This document shows, piece after piece, positions 41,596 through 57,986 of a stretch of 64,000 nucleotides of DNA. Location: positions 53,754,001 to 53,818,000 of the forward strand of contig OZ024746.1 of NCBI GenBank assembly GCA_964016885.1. The letters are read 5' to 3'. A model generated the notes under the pieces. It worked only from the letters and a program-made list of their open reading frames with translations, did no database searches and had not been told where the DNA came from. The first letter of the stretch is position 1, and each line of letters begins with the position of its first letter. Position numbers and translations under genes: made by a program. This DNA is from Eledone cirrhosa (lineage: Eukaryota).

Positions 41596-42035
41596 TAAAT
41601 ATATATATATATATACATACATACACAGACGTATGCACGTATATATATATATATATAAATATATATATATATAATGTGTGTGTGCGCGCATGCTGCTTAT
41701 GTTATATTAATCAGTGAAGTTGTAAACACTGCGTATAGATGAATAACGTTAATTAGCGTATCGTAAATTCTGGTTAATTACTCTGTCACGTGGCTTATGA
41801 GGGCTGGGCGTGGGAGTGGTAGCGGTGGTAGGGGTAAGGAATCTTGATGGTAGAGGGGTTCCTCTAATTTGATGGCTTGTGTTTCTACCGTTACTTTTGG
41901 GTATTCATACCGACACTCACACACGCACATATCTCTATTAGATATACAGACTCATGCACACACACACGCATACAAATTCACACACAGGCATATATATACA
42001 TATATATATATATACATACAAAATTATGAAAAGGA

Positions 42036-42091
<56 letters not shown>

Positions 42092-43072
42092 GTCTGTGTG
42101 TTGTGTTTGTTTATAAAAACAACCTTCACCTACATATGCATACCCAATGCATGCGTCTTGCCTCTTTTTCATGCTAGTTAACCTTGTACATAAAACTTAC
42201 TGTGATCAGTGAAGGAAAATATTTTCTTTTTACAAATGACGGCCGTTATTCTTATCCTCGCCGGAAGTAATGTGACATACATTGTTAGACACTTCATCTT
42301 CACGTACGGAGTGAGTACGTTCTTATGGAAAATATGCCTGAAGCATTTTTCTGCAGTAGGATGTTATAAATTGTTTACATGGTTGCTATACATATTTGTC
42401 ATCTTCTATGAATGCACAATATAAATCTGACGACTTCTCTTGTACTCTCAATGCAACTACGAGCCAGCGGCAGAAACACCACTACGTGGTCGCTTGAGCT
42501 TTTAGAAATAACAGCGAAATTTGTCTCTCCAGTCATAGCCTACTTTTTTTCTAAAATCCATTGACACACTATAACCTAGCCCTAGATATTTTATTCTTTC
42601 ATTCTTTCATTCTTTCACTCACTAGACTGCAGCCATGCTGTGGCACTTCCCTGGAAGGATTTAGTCAATCATATCGACCGCATTTTTACGTTTTCAAGAC
42701 TGGTGTTCTTATTGACGAAATCGTTTTACGGGACATATATGGACACACACACACACAGACACACACACTATTGTTTTCCAAATTCCACCCATAGGGCATT
42801 TGTTAAGCCGAATCTAGAGTACAAGGCATTTATCGAGACCCCAGAATCCCACAGTTGTGAAGCGAATTCTTTAACCACACAGCAATGCTACAGCCTGTTT
42901 CAAGACTTTGAAAAAAAATTGTACGACTACGGCTGGAATACATTTGGTAATATGTCTGCTCAAATAGGCAAGAATAGTGTGCTTATGCCTTTGTTTATCT
43001 TAATGTAGAATCTACAGTCATAAATAGCTCATTGCTGCTTCATTTAAAGGAGATTTTGATTTATTACGGCAT

Positions 43073-43690
43073 TCAGAAAATTAATGGTTTCGATTTAGCA
43101 TCATTTATCCGCACACAAATATTCGGGCATTCGTATAGAGATATCAGAGCAGCAAGAAGCTGACCATCAATTCCATACTCCTGCGCAGCCGTCCAAAGCA
43201 GGTCCCGAGGTCGACAAAACAAGAATATACTTTTTGGCAATAATCCAACGATTTCTCGAATACCTGCCGCAGTATGGAAATTTGGTCGGCTGTGCTGCGT
43301 CCGAGGCGAAAACCACGTTACTCGATAAAGTGCGTAGCTCGGAGATGAGAGAGTCACTCCAGGTAGAGCCGCTACTTCTCCGAATTAAGAGATCACAGCT
43401 CCGATATCATGGGCATGTGGTTAGAATATCTCAGGGAAGAATCGCCGGACAGATTTATAGCAAAAGTAACCGACAAGAGATCCAGGGGAAGAGACCGAGC
43501 AAGATGGTTGATAATATCCATGAGCTTGGCTGGTCACGTTTGGGGACCCAGCCTGATCAGTTGGAAACGGTTGCTTCTGACAGAATCTGCTGGAAGGAGT
43601 GTTTGAGAACTCTGGCCCCACGACCCTCTCAGGAATATGTGGGCGAAGAAGAACAGGAAGGAGAAGATGACGACGATGATGATGATTCAT
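43073..43690 (+). mobile_element. RTE LINE with a 5' inversion (RT fragment on -, 3' end on +)
   Basis: 43073-43250 (-) gives PRDLLW....EYGIDGQLLAALISLYE....VRIN..KS (RT region). 43315-43690 (+) matches the RTE C-terminus and has a GAA/GAT tail. Confidence 0.8.
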
Positions 43691-44589
43691 AAATGATTAC
43701 AAATTTCAATGAAGTATGAAATATAAAATGCGGGAAGGTCTGTTGTGTAGTGGCGATGGTATTGAACTCGCAATCTTAAAGTCATGGTTTTGGCGGTTTA
43801 ACTTCCGTTTCTCGATGACACGTTGTTTTCTCGAGTAAGGCAATTCATTTGCGTTGCTCCAGTGCATACATGGGAAGAAAAGAAATGTTTAGCAGCAGCG
43901 ATGTCTATGGTCTGTCTTTTATTCTCATTTGGTTAACGGTTCATGAAACTAAGATAAGCATCTACATGATTAGCGTATTGTACTATATAGAACCATATTA
44001 GCAAGACGTTCTTGCAAAACAGAACACTAAGATACACTACATTACTTATTAACCACTTAATTCTAATATTGACAATATTCACAACCATCTGACCAATAGT
44101 AAATATACTATAAATACTGAATTAAGAAACTTAATTTTAGACATTTGTATTAAATCTCCGCTAAAACGCTTTGTTTAGTTGTTTGCATGTTCGGCTCATG
44201 ATCATAAGGTCGTGAGTTCTAATTCATCTGGCACGTTTTATCATGAGCATAGCTCTTTATTTCACGTTGCTACTGTCCACTTCACCGGAAAAATTAGTTG
44301 TACCTGTAAGTCCATGGGCCAGGCTTGTCACACTCCAGGCACGCTGAATCTCGCAGAGAATTATGTTACGGGTAAATGTGTCTGTAGTGGAATCGTCAGT
44401 CATTAACTTGCACGTTAATTTACAAGCAGGCTATTTCATTGATTACATCATCTAGAAGACCTATGTTTGAACCGTCAGAAGTAAAACGTTCACATTTCTG
44501 TTAAATCATTACAGGATGTTAAAGCTTATATAAAAGTTAAAAGATGTGAAATTTTAAGGCAGAGTTAATATACGGAAGAATATACGGAA

Positions 44590-45215
44590 GTCTATGGTCA
44601 TGGATCTTGGATAATGACCGAAAGAATACGATCGGGAATAAAAGTGGCTGAAATGGGATTCCTCCGAGATACGCATTTTATCGAGTAACGCTACTTTTAT
44701 TCCTGCCGGAAGACATGTGTAATAACCAAACTCACTAGCTTCAATTCGGTATTCGTGCCAACCCATACCTATGTTCATGAATTTTCGGCAATGACAGAAA
44801 TATGATCACGAATACAAGCGCTCGAAATGGGCTTCCTCCGAACGGTCTTTGGAGTAACGTTACTCGATAAAATGCGTCACTCGGATATCAGAGAGTCACT
44901 CCAGGTAGAGCCGCTACTTCTCTGAATTGACAGTTCACATCTCCGATATTATGGGCATGTGGTTAGGATGTCTCAAAAAAGAATCGCTGGACAGATTTTA
45001 CAGGTAAAACCAAATGACAAGAGACCCAGTGTTACACCCCGAGCAAGATGGTTGGATAACATGCATGAGTTTGGCTTGTCACCCTTGGGAATCCAGCCGG
45101 ATCAGTTGGAGACGGTTGCTTCTAACAGGACCCGCTGAAAGGAGTGTTTGAGGGCTCTGCACCCACGACCCCCTCAGGAATAAGTGGACGAAGAAGAAGT
45201 AAAAAGAAGAAAGAA
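44590..45215 (+). mobile_element. RTE LINE 3' end with a small internal duplication and inversion
   Basis: Homologous to 3720-4190. 44672-44690 is the reverse complement of 44859-44877. Confidence 0.8.
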
Positions 45216-45599
45216 AACCAGTCAGCCCTTGATGATATACTTATACATATGGTGAAATAACATGTAATCTACTTTAATCAGTAATACTATATTTATGGCA
45301 AGGGAGTGTAACTGATGTTGTTATTCTTATTAATAGGTGCGCGTGTGTGCGTTTACTTGTGTCTGTAGGCTTTTATATATATGACTATATCTCTCTCACC
45401 CTCTCTCTCCCCCGCCTTCTCTTATTGGATAAATATTGCGCATTTTCTGCATGTGAGCTGCACAAAAATGAATATGTATGTGTATGTCTATTTTTACATA
45501 CATACATGAGTATATATATTTTTACACATATATATATATATATATATGTGTGTGTGTATAGGAAAAGAGTCAGGACCCCGACGGGTGACTGAGCTCCGT

Positions 45600-45947
45600 A
45601 TATATATTATAAAGCTGACGGCCGTAAGTATGTAACTAACTTTTCGCCAACCGGCTGCACCAAATTTGCACCATAGATGTAACTTTTTCCAAGTAAGAAA
45701 GTGAGGCTATTTTTGTCTTCTAAATTTCGTTAAAAGATTAAAGATATTTTATCGTTTATTTAAATATTCACTTATTTAAAATTTTAAATAATAATATGTC
45801 TCTGTTTGTCTGGCTGTCTGCAATAGATACATAGATATAACGTCGCACGCTTATATTATCTATCTGTCTGGCTGTCTGTCTGCATTGACTTCGCTTCTAA
45901 CCAACTTTTAATTAATTCAGTGCAAAGATACCGCACGCTCTCAATAA

Positions 45948-46015
<68 letters not shown>

Positions 46016-47009
46016 AGTAATAACAATTAATATGAAGACTAAAATCCAAAGAGGGCTCAATAAGGATAAATATATATCAAATATATAAGAACCCGAGAGC
46101 AAATATTGTTCTCATTGCTGACGTATTATCTTCGCTTTTTTCCGTTCATTGCCAGGGAACGTCTTCACGAACCAAAATATCGTCTTCTTGTTTTCCTTCG
46201 GCTGCAACGTTTTTAGAAATATTTACTTCTGCGTTCACAAATTGATTTTTTTAGTTTCAGAAGATCCCGTTAAGAGTGAAAGCAGCGATTCTTTGCTTAA
46301 ACTTTAATCTGCTATTTTAATATATATATATATAATTATATATTTGTGTACAGATATTTTTACATACATAAAAAAAAAATATAAAAGAACGTATTTATTT
46401 CACGAAAGCGCAGACGGCTTATCGTATTGTTACTGCCGATATGCCACCAAAAAGTCCCAGCCTGGCCGCAAGATCAGATTTTCCAGAAGAAAAAATGTTA
46501 CTAGAGCAACAGAGAGACAAAGCTTCGCGATTACCATCAACAAAGCTCAGTTTCAAACCCTAAAAGTGGCTGGTCTTCATCTGGGAAAACCATGCTTCTC
46601 CCATGGTCAATTGTATGTAGGATGCTCTAGGGGGAGCTCGCCAAACAATCTCTTCATCTTTGCTCCCGAGGGTCGAACAAAAATATTGTATACTCTGAGG
46701 CTCTAACAATGTAATTTATGTATTTTCTGTTACCTGGAATTTCCATTATAGTTGTACAAATTACTGTAAAGTTTGTTAAAAAATGTGTTCTCTGTTCAGC
46801 CTTTAATGTTGTAACTATCAATTTTCTTTAACATACTGGCTGCTGAACTGGGAAATCCTAAAGACTATTCAAACCCAACATCAGAGCACGATAACTCCCC
46901 ACCCCCACCCTCGCTGACTTGAGAGGGTGTGTGTTATCTTTGCACTGGAGTGGAGTGGGGAATCCTGAAGAGATAAAATGCCGGTATACCTAGCCGGACG
47001 GGCCATTTA

Positions 47010-47010
<1 letters not shown>
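45600..47010 (+). mobile_element. Internally deleted Helitron, interrupted by a Penelope pLTR at ~46013-46320
   Basis: 5' tatattataaagctgacgg, a PIF1-helicase tail at 46520-46706, and a 3' GC hairpin ccgg..ccgg followed by TTAG|T (degenerate CTAG). Confidence 0.7.
46520..46706 (+). pseudogene. Helitron RepHel PIF1-type helicase C-terminal fragment
   Basis: FAITINKAQFQTLKVAGLHLGKPCFSHGQLYVGCSR matches the FAMTINKSQGQ...FSHGQLYVAxSR motifs V-VI. Confidence 0.88.
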
Positions 47011-47086
<76 letters not shown>

Positions 47087-47335
47087 TAAAACAATGAAAC
47101 AAAAAATCAAGTCATTAGAGATATACTTACGATCGTTTCTAGGTGATGATAATACATTGTAGATATACTCTGTTATTGATCCAAAATATCAGATAAAGAG
47201 AATATTTACTTACATGCATATCACCAGCTGTTTTCAAAATCAATAATGGGATTTATCTTAACCTACAACATTTTCAACATATGGATTACATTGAGTTCTG
47301 CATGCAGAGTAGAACCCACAACTTACTGTGGATAC

Positions 47336-48125
<790 letters not shown>

Positions 48126-48129
48126 CAGG

Positions 48130-48227
<98 letters not shown>

Positions 48228-48300
48228 TAAAACAGAAAACAAAAACAATAGCGAAGAGTACAGTACAAAGTGTTAGTATTAGGTTCACGCTTGAGAGTGG

Positions 48301-48355
<55 letters not shown>

Positions 48356-48636
48356 TTATTAAAATAACAGATTAAAGTTTAAGCAAAGAATCGCTGCTTT
48401 CACCCTTAACGGGAACTTCTGAAACTAAAAAAAGTCAATCTGTGGACGCAGAAGTAAATATTTCAAAAAAAGTTGCAACCGAAGGAAGACAGGAAGACGA
48501 TACTTTGCTTCGTGGAATTTATTATTATTACTATATGTATATATATATATATATCACCCCTCCCCTCTCAAGAGCGTGAAACTAATAAACCTTTGTTTGT
48601 ACTGCCTCTCTGCTTTTGTTCCCGTTCCAATTTTTG

Positions 48637-48664
<28 letters not shown>

Positions 48665-48670
<6 letters not shown>

Positions 48671-50447
48671 TAAAATAACAGATTAAAGTTTAAGCAAAGA
48701 ATCGCTGCTTTCACCCTTAACGGGATCTTCTGAAACTAACAAAATCAATCTGTAAACGCAGAAGTGGATATTTCAAAAAATACTGCAACCGGAGGAAGAC
48801 AGGAAGACGATACTTTGGTTCGTGGAAACGTTCCCTGGCAAAGAACGGGAAAAAACGAATATAATACGTCATTAATAGGAGCGGTGAAAAACAATTACGC
48901 GCAAAGACAGAACCACGTTTATGGTATAAAAGAAGTCGTAGACTAATGTTCTCTTAGGTGGTTCATACAGACGTTCTCTGGCAATGAACGGAGAAAACGA
49001 AGATAATACGTCATATGTGGAGCATCGAGAACAATTGCACGCAAAGACAAAACCACGTAAATGGTATAACTGAAATCGTAGAGTAAAACAAGCATACGCA
49101 AAACAGTCGCCATAGGTATACAAATACACGCACATATAAATATGTGTGTGTGTGTTTGGTAGTTTGTACCGTGATGATGGTCTTTTGACCATGACTAAGT
49201 GCGGCCCTCGTGCTTGCGACAGGTTCAGAACAGAACTCACAGCCTTTTTTAAAGGCTTTAACCTCTCTATACAGGTTGAGGCCAACCTCTCGGTCGTTAA
49301 TTACCTCGACGTTACCCTCAATTTATCGAATGACTTGTATTACCCGTATAGAAAGCCGAATGATACGCTTAATTACATAAGTAAGCATTCCAACCATCCT
49401 GCCAGCATAAACAAGAACCTGGTAAGAAACGTTTCGTTGAGACTCTCCCGTCTATCTACTAACGAGCATATTTTCAACGACCATTCCACATATTACAATG
49501 AAACTCTTGCTCGGAGTGGATTTGTCGATAAGGTAGCATATACAGAGTACGAGTATAGACCTAGAAGAAATAGATCCCGACGCATTATATGGTATAACCC
49601 ACCATATAATATGGAGGTGGCCACAACATTAGCTAAGATCTTTCCATCCCTTATTACGAAGCATTTTCCCCCTACACATAAATATAGTAACATTTTTAAT
49701 AGAAATACTATTAAAATTTCTTACTCTACGACTCCGAACCTTGCACATAACATCACAGCTTCAAATTTAGCTAAACTACCTAGCCGTAGGAACACGTGCA
49801 GCCCTGTAGTTAGTACTAACTGTAATTGTAGGAATCGGGTTGATTGCCCCCTATCCGGGAAATGCCTCTCTAGTAACATTGTCTACAAATGTAAGGTTGT
49901 AACACCCACGTCCCGTAGGGCCTACATAGGGTTAACCGCCAATAGCTTCAAGCAGCGTCTTTACATGCATTCTCATTCTTTTCGTTACCCTCTAAGAAGG
50001 AATATGACGTCACTTTCAACTTATATCTGGAGTCTAAAAGACAACCACACCCAATATAAGTTACACTGGGAGATCCTAGCTAGGGCTAGATCGTATAACG
50101 GAAACAAAAGAGCATGTGACCTCTGCGCCGCTGAGGCCCTGGAAATACTCTACGCCACAGACCACATCTTAAACAAAAAATCTGAGGCAATTCCGGCTTG
50201 TAAACATAAATTGCACAAAACTTTCCTGTATTACAGCCCCACGTTATACCCTAACGGATAGCACGATCTATACGTGGATATTTTACGTCATGATGTGGTA
50301 GCTAAGTATATGTTTTGTTTATACCATTACTTATTTGCTTAGGTAAATATATATATTACCTGTATGTTTTGTGAGGGTACGTATACTTTCTCGTACGTAT
50401 ATTTGGTTGTATATGTTATGGCGTATATTTTATATGTTCTCGTACAA
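48665..50447 (+). mobile_element. Penelope-like element (family C, possibly Hydra-clade), 5'-truncated with inverted pLTR
   Basis: 48665-49145 is the reverse complement of the pLTR/3' UTR seen at 12650-13260. An RT-EN ORF follows, and there is a further terminal fragment at 48353-48520. Confidence 0.9.
49158..50261 (+). CDS. Uninterrupted C-terminal half of a Penelope-like polyprotein (RT from YRDD, thumb, CxCx5C linker, GIY-YIG), 5'-truncated
   Basis: Motifs LYRDDGL, VNYLDVTLNL, YRKPND...HSNHP, IIWYNPPY, CNCRNRVDC, IVYKCKV...YIGLTANSFKQR..H, CDLC..E and LNKKSE...CKH. The start listed in the track is a microsatellite artefact. Confidence 0.9.
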   Translation, partial: GSLYRDDGLLTMTKCGPRACDRFRTELTAFFKGFNLSIQVEANLSVVNYLDVTLNLSNDLYYPYRKPNDTLNYISKHSNHPASINKNLVRNVSLRLSRLSTNEHIFNDHSTYYNETLARSGFVDKVAYTEYEYRPRRNRSRRIIWYNPPYNMEVATTLAKIFPSLITKHFPPTHKYSNIFNRNTIKISYSTTPNLAHNITASNLAKLPSRRNTCSPVVSTNCNCRNRVDCPLSGKCLSSNIVYKCKVVTPTSRRAYIGLTANSFKQRLYMHSHSFRYPLRRNMTSLSTYIWSLKDNHTQYKLHWEILARARSYNGNKRACDLCAAEALEILYATDHILNKKSEAIPACKHKLHKTFLYYSPTLYPNG

Positions 50448-50678
50448 GCTCTTAAGCTTGAAACTAGTACATCGTTCCTTTGTCAGGGTTGAACAAAAGG
50501 GCAACGATGGTTGATAAACATTGTACGGCTTAATTCGGGATGTTTGTTTACAAACAAACCGAGCATTATAATAAATGTTCAGTAAATCCATACGTACATA
50601 TATATGTATATGTACATGTATGTATATATATACATACTACTGTACGTCTGTATACATATATGTATGTACGTATACATA

Positions 50679-50682
<4 letters not shown>
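50448..50682 (+). mobile_element. Partial 435-bp family copy fused directly to the family C 3' UTR
   Basis: Starts within hammerhead stem II (aagctcttaagcttGAAActagTA). Confidence 0.8.
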
Positions 50683-50724
<42 letters not shown>

Positions 50725-50727
<3 letters not shown>

Positions 50728-50872
50728 TCTGACAGTTTCAAAAGATCCCGTTAAGCGTGAAAGCAGCGATTCTTTGCTTAAACTTTAATATATATATATA
50801 TATATATATTAAAGTTTAAGCAAAGAATCGCTGCTTTCACGCTTAACGGGATCTTTTGAAACTGTCAGAATG
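50725..50872. repeat. Perfect ~64-bp inverted repeat (family C hammerhead region) around a (TA)n core
   Basis: Read directly. Confidence 0.9.
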
Positions 50873-51639
50873 GATGGAGTAAAAACCAGTTAAGCCATTA
50901 CTCACCAGAGTACTCAATACAAACATGCAAAGACGAAAAAAACATAATACACTCAAGAAAAATGATTAAACCCACTAAGAGATTCAGAAACACTCAAACA
51001 TACACATACATACATTCCTACATACATATAGAAGGATATATAAACGCACACACACTGCGACACAGGCCGACGCACACACACACGCAGACACACGTATGCG
51101 CGCACAGATAGTTTGGCTTCAGACGAAAGGGGATTTCTTACCATAGTTTGGGTCAAACAGTGAGTGTATGGGTTAATTTAGAGATAGTGATGGGGGACAG
51201 GAAGAGAGTTTTATATTGTGGTAACCAGGGAGGAAGAACTGTAGTGAAGTAAGAGAAAGAAGTGGGTGGGACAGGGTTGAAGATGAAAGCTAGCTGTTAG
51301 ATACAGTAAGGGAGGCAGGGAGGATTGAAATATGGCGGCTGTTCTTGTTGGTGAAACAAGACAGTCTTAAGATAGGTCGGCGACTGGAAGACTAGAGAGA
51401 AGGAAATAAACGCATATATATATATACACATTCACACATTTAGGCACACAAACAGAAGCAGAAACGCACCCACACTCACATATACATACATATATAGATA
51501 TATACATATATACATACCTCCATCTATACACACATACATATATACATACATACATATATATCTACATACCCCCATCTATACATACCTACACACTCAAGCT
51601 ATGTTCGTAAACCCAAATTACACACACACACACACATAT

Positions 51640-51723
<84 letters not shown>

Positions 51724-52014
51724 AGGAGATTCCAACCAGAATGGTTGCATTTTTTAAGGGTATGTCAATATTTATTTATAAAACTAACCTATATTATATT
51801 TTATCTAAGGAAAGCGCACCATAGTTTACTCTGGTGGCCCTTGACATATGTATAATGAAATAAATATGGTCTTATAAATATAGTTTCCATTTGTTAATAT
51901 ATTGTATATTTACTCTAATAATTTGTTGAGTGCTTTATATCAGTTATAAAAAATATTTTGCTTGTTGTATCCCAACAAATTAAATATAACCTCTACATAT
52001 ATATATATATATAT

Positions 52015-52768
52015 AAACGAAAAAAATGAAACGTACAGTAGTATGTATATATATATACATACATGCACAGATATATATATATATATATGTACGTATGGAT
52101 TCACCGAACATTTATTATAATGCTCGGTGTGTTTGTAAACAAACATCCCGTAATAAGCCATAGTGTCCAGCAACCATCGTTGCTCGTTTGTTCAACACTG
52201 ACAAAGTAACGCTGTACTAGTTTCAAGCTTATTTACTATCGTCAGCAACGTATACCTTCCTGCTAGATTGTTGAAGGTATATATTTACCTTATGCATATT
52301 AACGTCTGAGTAGCCCAATTTGCATATCGAGTGGGTTAATCGGCCGGGTGCACCGAAAACGATAAACGGAAAAAATGAAACGTAATTTCATTTCCCACTC
52401 TTAATACGGTGTTACTTAAATATAAGTATGTACACGTACATACATATATGTATACAGACGTACAGTAGTATGTATATATATATATATATATATGTATATA
52501 TAACAATCTGGCAGGAAGGTATACATTGCTGACGATAGCTAATAAGCTTGAAACTAGTACAGCGTTCCTTTGTCAGTGTTGAACAAACGAGCAACGTTGG
52601 TTGCTGGACACTACGGCTTAATACGGGATGTTTGTTTACAAACACACCGAGCATTATAATAAATGTTCGGTGAATCCATACGTACATATATATATGTGTG
52701 CATGTATGTATATATATACATACTACTGTACGTCTGTATACATATATGTATGTACGTGTACATACTTA

Positions 52769-52770
<2 letters not shown>
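52015..52770. mobile_element. 435-bp hammerhead family: a minus-strand >1-mer (52015-52475) and a plus-strand partial copy (52503-52770)
   Basis: Hammerheads at ~52210-52250 (-) and ~52524-52564 (+). acgtacagtagtatgt recurs at 52031 and 52458. Confidence 0.85.
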
Positions 52771-52834
<64 letters not shown>

Positions 52835-52902
52835 CGTATTTCGAAATGCTTTTCATCAGCGAAACGGTTTAAGTTTGACAGTAAGGTTTTATGTCTTATT
52901 AT

Positions 52903-53190
52903 AATTGTTTCTACTTTAGGCACAAGGCCAGCAATTACCCAGTGCATTACTGGTACTTTATTTTATCGACCCCGTAAGGATGAAAGGCAAAGTCAACCTC
53001 GGCGGGATTTGAACTCAGATCGTAAAGGGACGTAACTATGCTGGAAAGCATGGCGTCCGACCCTCTACCGATACTGCCAATCCACTGCCGCCGAGGTTGA
53101 CTTTGCCTTTCATCCTTACGGAGTCGATAAAATAAAGTACCAGTAATGCACTGGTAATTGCTGGCCTTGTGCCTAAAGTAGAAACAATTA
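52903..53190 (-). mobile_element. tRNA-derived SINE (full length 52903-53088 on -) joined to an inverted 3' half
   Basis: The minus strand has A-box tggcagtatcgg, B-box gagttcaaatcc and a core gcctttcatcc..ggggtcgataaaat. Other copies lie at 8925, 35155, 37656, 39058-39600 and 60110. Confidence 0.85.
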
Positions 53191-53485
53191 TAATATCTGT
53201 GATCTTTCCTTAATGTATGGAGTACTAAATTCAAAAATAGACCTACTTGTTTCAATTAATATCATGTTATCTATATATTTACATACACACAATTATCTAT
53301 AATTTGAGCACAAGGCCAGCAGTTTAAGTGGATATGTGTAGTCAAACAAATCGACTCCAGTGAAGCTGTTAAAAGATTCAGTTGGCCCCACGAGGATGTG
53401 AAATCAAACAGAATGTAGGAACAAACACTATTCTATTTGTCCGATTCTCTTATGATAATTACAAATCCACCGCCTTGCCACACAT

Positions 53486-55236
<1,751 letters not shown>

Positions 55237-55479
55237 AAAAGAAAAGAGTCAGGACCCTGACGGATCTACCTGTAAAAACTGGCGGAGCTCAGACGTCGGG
55301 GTCCAGACTCTTTTCCTATTATCCACTCTACTACCCTAAGTATTGAGTACACTGGTGCGTTATGGTCCACCTGGCATCTAACGACAACCTCTTTATGATA
55401 TATATATATATTGAAGTTTCCGTTGAAAATTGAAACAGTCAGAAGAATGAAGAGTGCTCTATGTAAGTTACAGACCTAA

Positions 55480-55647
55480 TTATTTAATGTATAATAAACA
55501 ATACAGTATTATTCGTTCATCAGACAAAGCAATTTAAATTGTTTTAAATTGCCTTATCTGATGAACGAATGCGGACGTTTCTTGTATTCGTCTTATTCGG
55601 GAAACCTCTGGTAATGAAGTAATTATACTGTATTGCTTATTATACAT

Positions 55648-55652
<5 letters not shown>
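55480..55652. mobile_element. Doubly folded-back mini-element with a hammerhead at ~55553-55619 (+)
   Basis: cttat-CTGATGA-acgaat...attcgg-GAAA-cctctgg-TA-atgaag. The outer arms are atttaatgtataataa..caatacagtat and its reverse complement. Confidence 0.65.
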
Positions 55653-55702
<50 letters not shown>

Positions 55703-56362
55703 ATAATAATAAATTTGAAGACTAAAATCCAAAGGAAAAATATATATCAAATATATAAGAACGCTAGACCAAATATTTATTAAAATAACAGATTAAAGTT
55801 TAAGCAAAGAATCGTTTATATGAATGAAAGAATCAGAACGCCGACGGCTGAGTTCTTGTCCTTTCAACAGTTAGATCCAGGAAATAGCTGTTGAAACGGC
55901 AAGAGCTCAGCCACTGGGGGTCCTGATTCTTTCATATAACCAAACTCTACAACCGTAACAAAGAGAAACCGACAATCATATAAATACACACACACATGCA
56001 CACACATACACACCCTTCTCTGATAACCCCTAAGTACACAAATGTAACTCCAAAGTAAGAAAACTCATCACTTTGCCATAAAAAATTATACTTAAAATCT
56101 ACATCGGTATTGAGTACTTATTCTCACGGCCGTCAACATTACACACACACACTCATATATATATAAACTTAGAGAGAGATTTTTGGGGACACGTATATAT
56201 ATATTTTTAAAGAATTGTTCCTCTCATTTTTTCAATAATGTCACTTTGACGAATCAAAGAAGAAAAAAAGAAAAACAGATCCTTAAATATATTTTCCTTG
56301 CTATTTCCAATTCCATCTTTCTCTCTATAACCCCTGTTTCGAATAGAACCTTACTCCCTTTT

Positions 56363-56419
<57 letters not shown>

Positions 56420-56506
56420 TTCTTCTTCTTCTTCTTCTTCTTCTTCTTCTTCTTCTTCTTCTTCTTCTTCTTCTCTGTATATATATATATCGAGAAGGAG
56501 ATATAT

Positions 56507-56577
<71 letters not shown>

Positions 56578-56651
56578 CAATGAATTATTTAATTTGTTGA
56601 TTATTCAACAAATTTAATTTATATTGTTTTATAAAGATAGCTTCCATTTAC

Positions 56652-56701
<50 letters not shown>

Positions 56702-56962
56702 CTATAACGGAAGCTTATACCTGCCAATGCATAGGGGGATATTTGTTAGCGTTGTCTCTTCCTTTCTTCCCCTCTAACCTACTTTTTTTTATAGGGCTGC
56801 TGTTCCAATTGAGGAAGGCGAAAGTGTCTTTGTTTTCGGGGGCTTCAGTTAAATTGTGCACTAACTGGCCTTCACACAGTCAAGACTTTTCATCATTTGT
56901 TTTGCGAAGTTCCGCTTCTATCATCTATGGATAGCGTATATTAAATGATAGTGCACACATCT

Positions 56963-57012
<50 letters not shown>

Positions 57013-57765
57013 TCTCTCTCTCTCTCTCCCTCTCTCTCTCTCTCCCTCTCTCTCTCACTCTCTCTCTCTCTCTCACACTCACACACATAGATACTAATAG
57101 ATATATATTCGATTTGGTATACGCGCACATACCACGAGACTTTATATATATATATATATATCTAAAAGGAATATATTACGTTAACGCTTGAAATAGCAGG
57201 AAGAGGGCCCTAACATTTCGGACGCCAGTCCTTCATCAGAAGAAAGAAAGAGAAATTAGAAAGATTGAAGGGACGGGTAGGGTGGAATTGGAAAAAAGTG
57301 TTTTTAGAGAAAAATAACAGGTCCAATCATGTTGCCATCTCTTGGAAAACTGTTGATGCTGGCGTTTTATGAATGATATATTTTTTAGAAAAGTGGATGA
57401 TGGAGCGCATCTACCTGAAATGGAAAAAAAAAAGTATTTTATAAAGAGCTATACTTGTGCGCGTGCGTATGTTATTATTCGTCCATACGAAGTTAAGAAG
57501 ATATGTGTGTGTACATGTAAGTAAAAGAGTATGTGTGTGCTTGTAAGTACGAATATTTATATATAAATATTCTTACTATTTCGTGAGAATCTTGATATGG
57601 AATCAATTGTTGAAAACGAGATTGTTATAGTTAGGAGGGTTATGTTGCCAATAAAAACACATACACCAATTGAGTTTCCTTTCAGTTTTATTATTATCAG
57701 TTAAGTAGCTAATATATTCCTCGATTAGTTTGGTAACTAGATGGTTGCGTAATTGTCATACTTAA

Positions 57766-57986
57766 CCATTTAGCATTTAAACCGGCCGTATTCGGCCAGA
57801 ATTCTCTCATCACTTTGTGTTCAAACTGGCCATAACCAGTCCCTCATACTTATGTTATGGTATTGTTCTCAAAATAAATGACATCAAAGTCTCATAGATT
57901 CAATATTATGTGAAATAAGTATGTGAGGTAAAGCGTTTACTGTGAAAATACAATAGTAAATATAGAGTAATGCGAATGCTAAAGGG
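57766..57986. mobile_element. piggyBac-type MITE
   Basis: TTAA-ccatttagcatt ... aatgctaaaggg-TTCA (degenerate TTAA TSD). Confidence 0.65.

Noticed and set aside
50950-51400. Further decayed Penelope RT fragment on the minus strand
   Set aside because: There is only a vague resemblance and no diagnostic motif could be read.
52990-53088. tRNA genes
   Set aside because: The A/B boxes belong to SINE heads and no complete cloverleaf is present.
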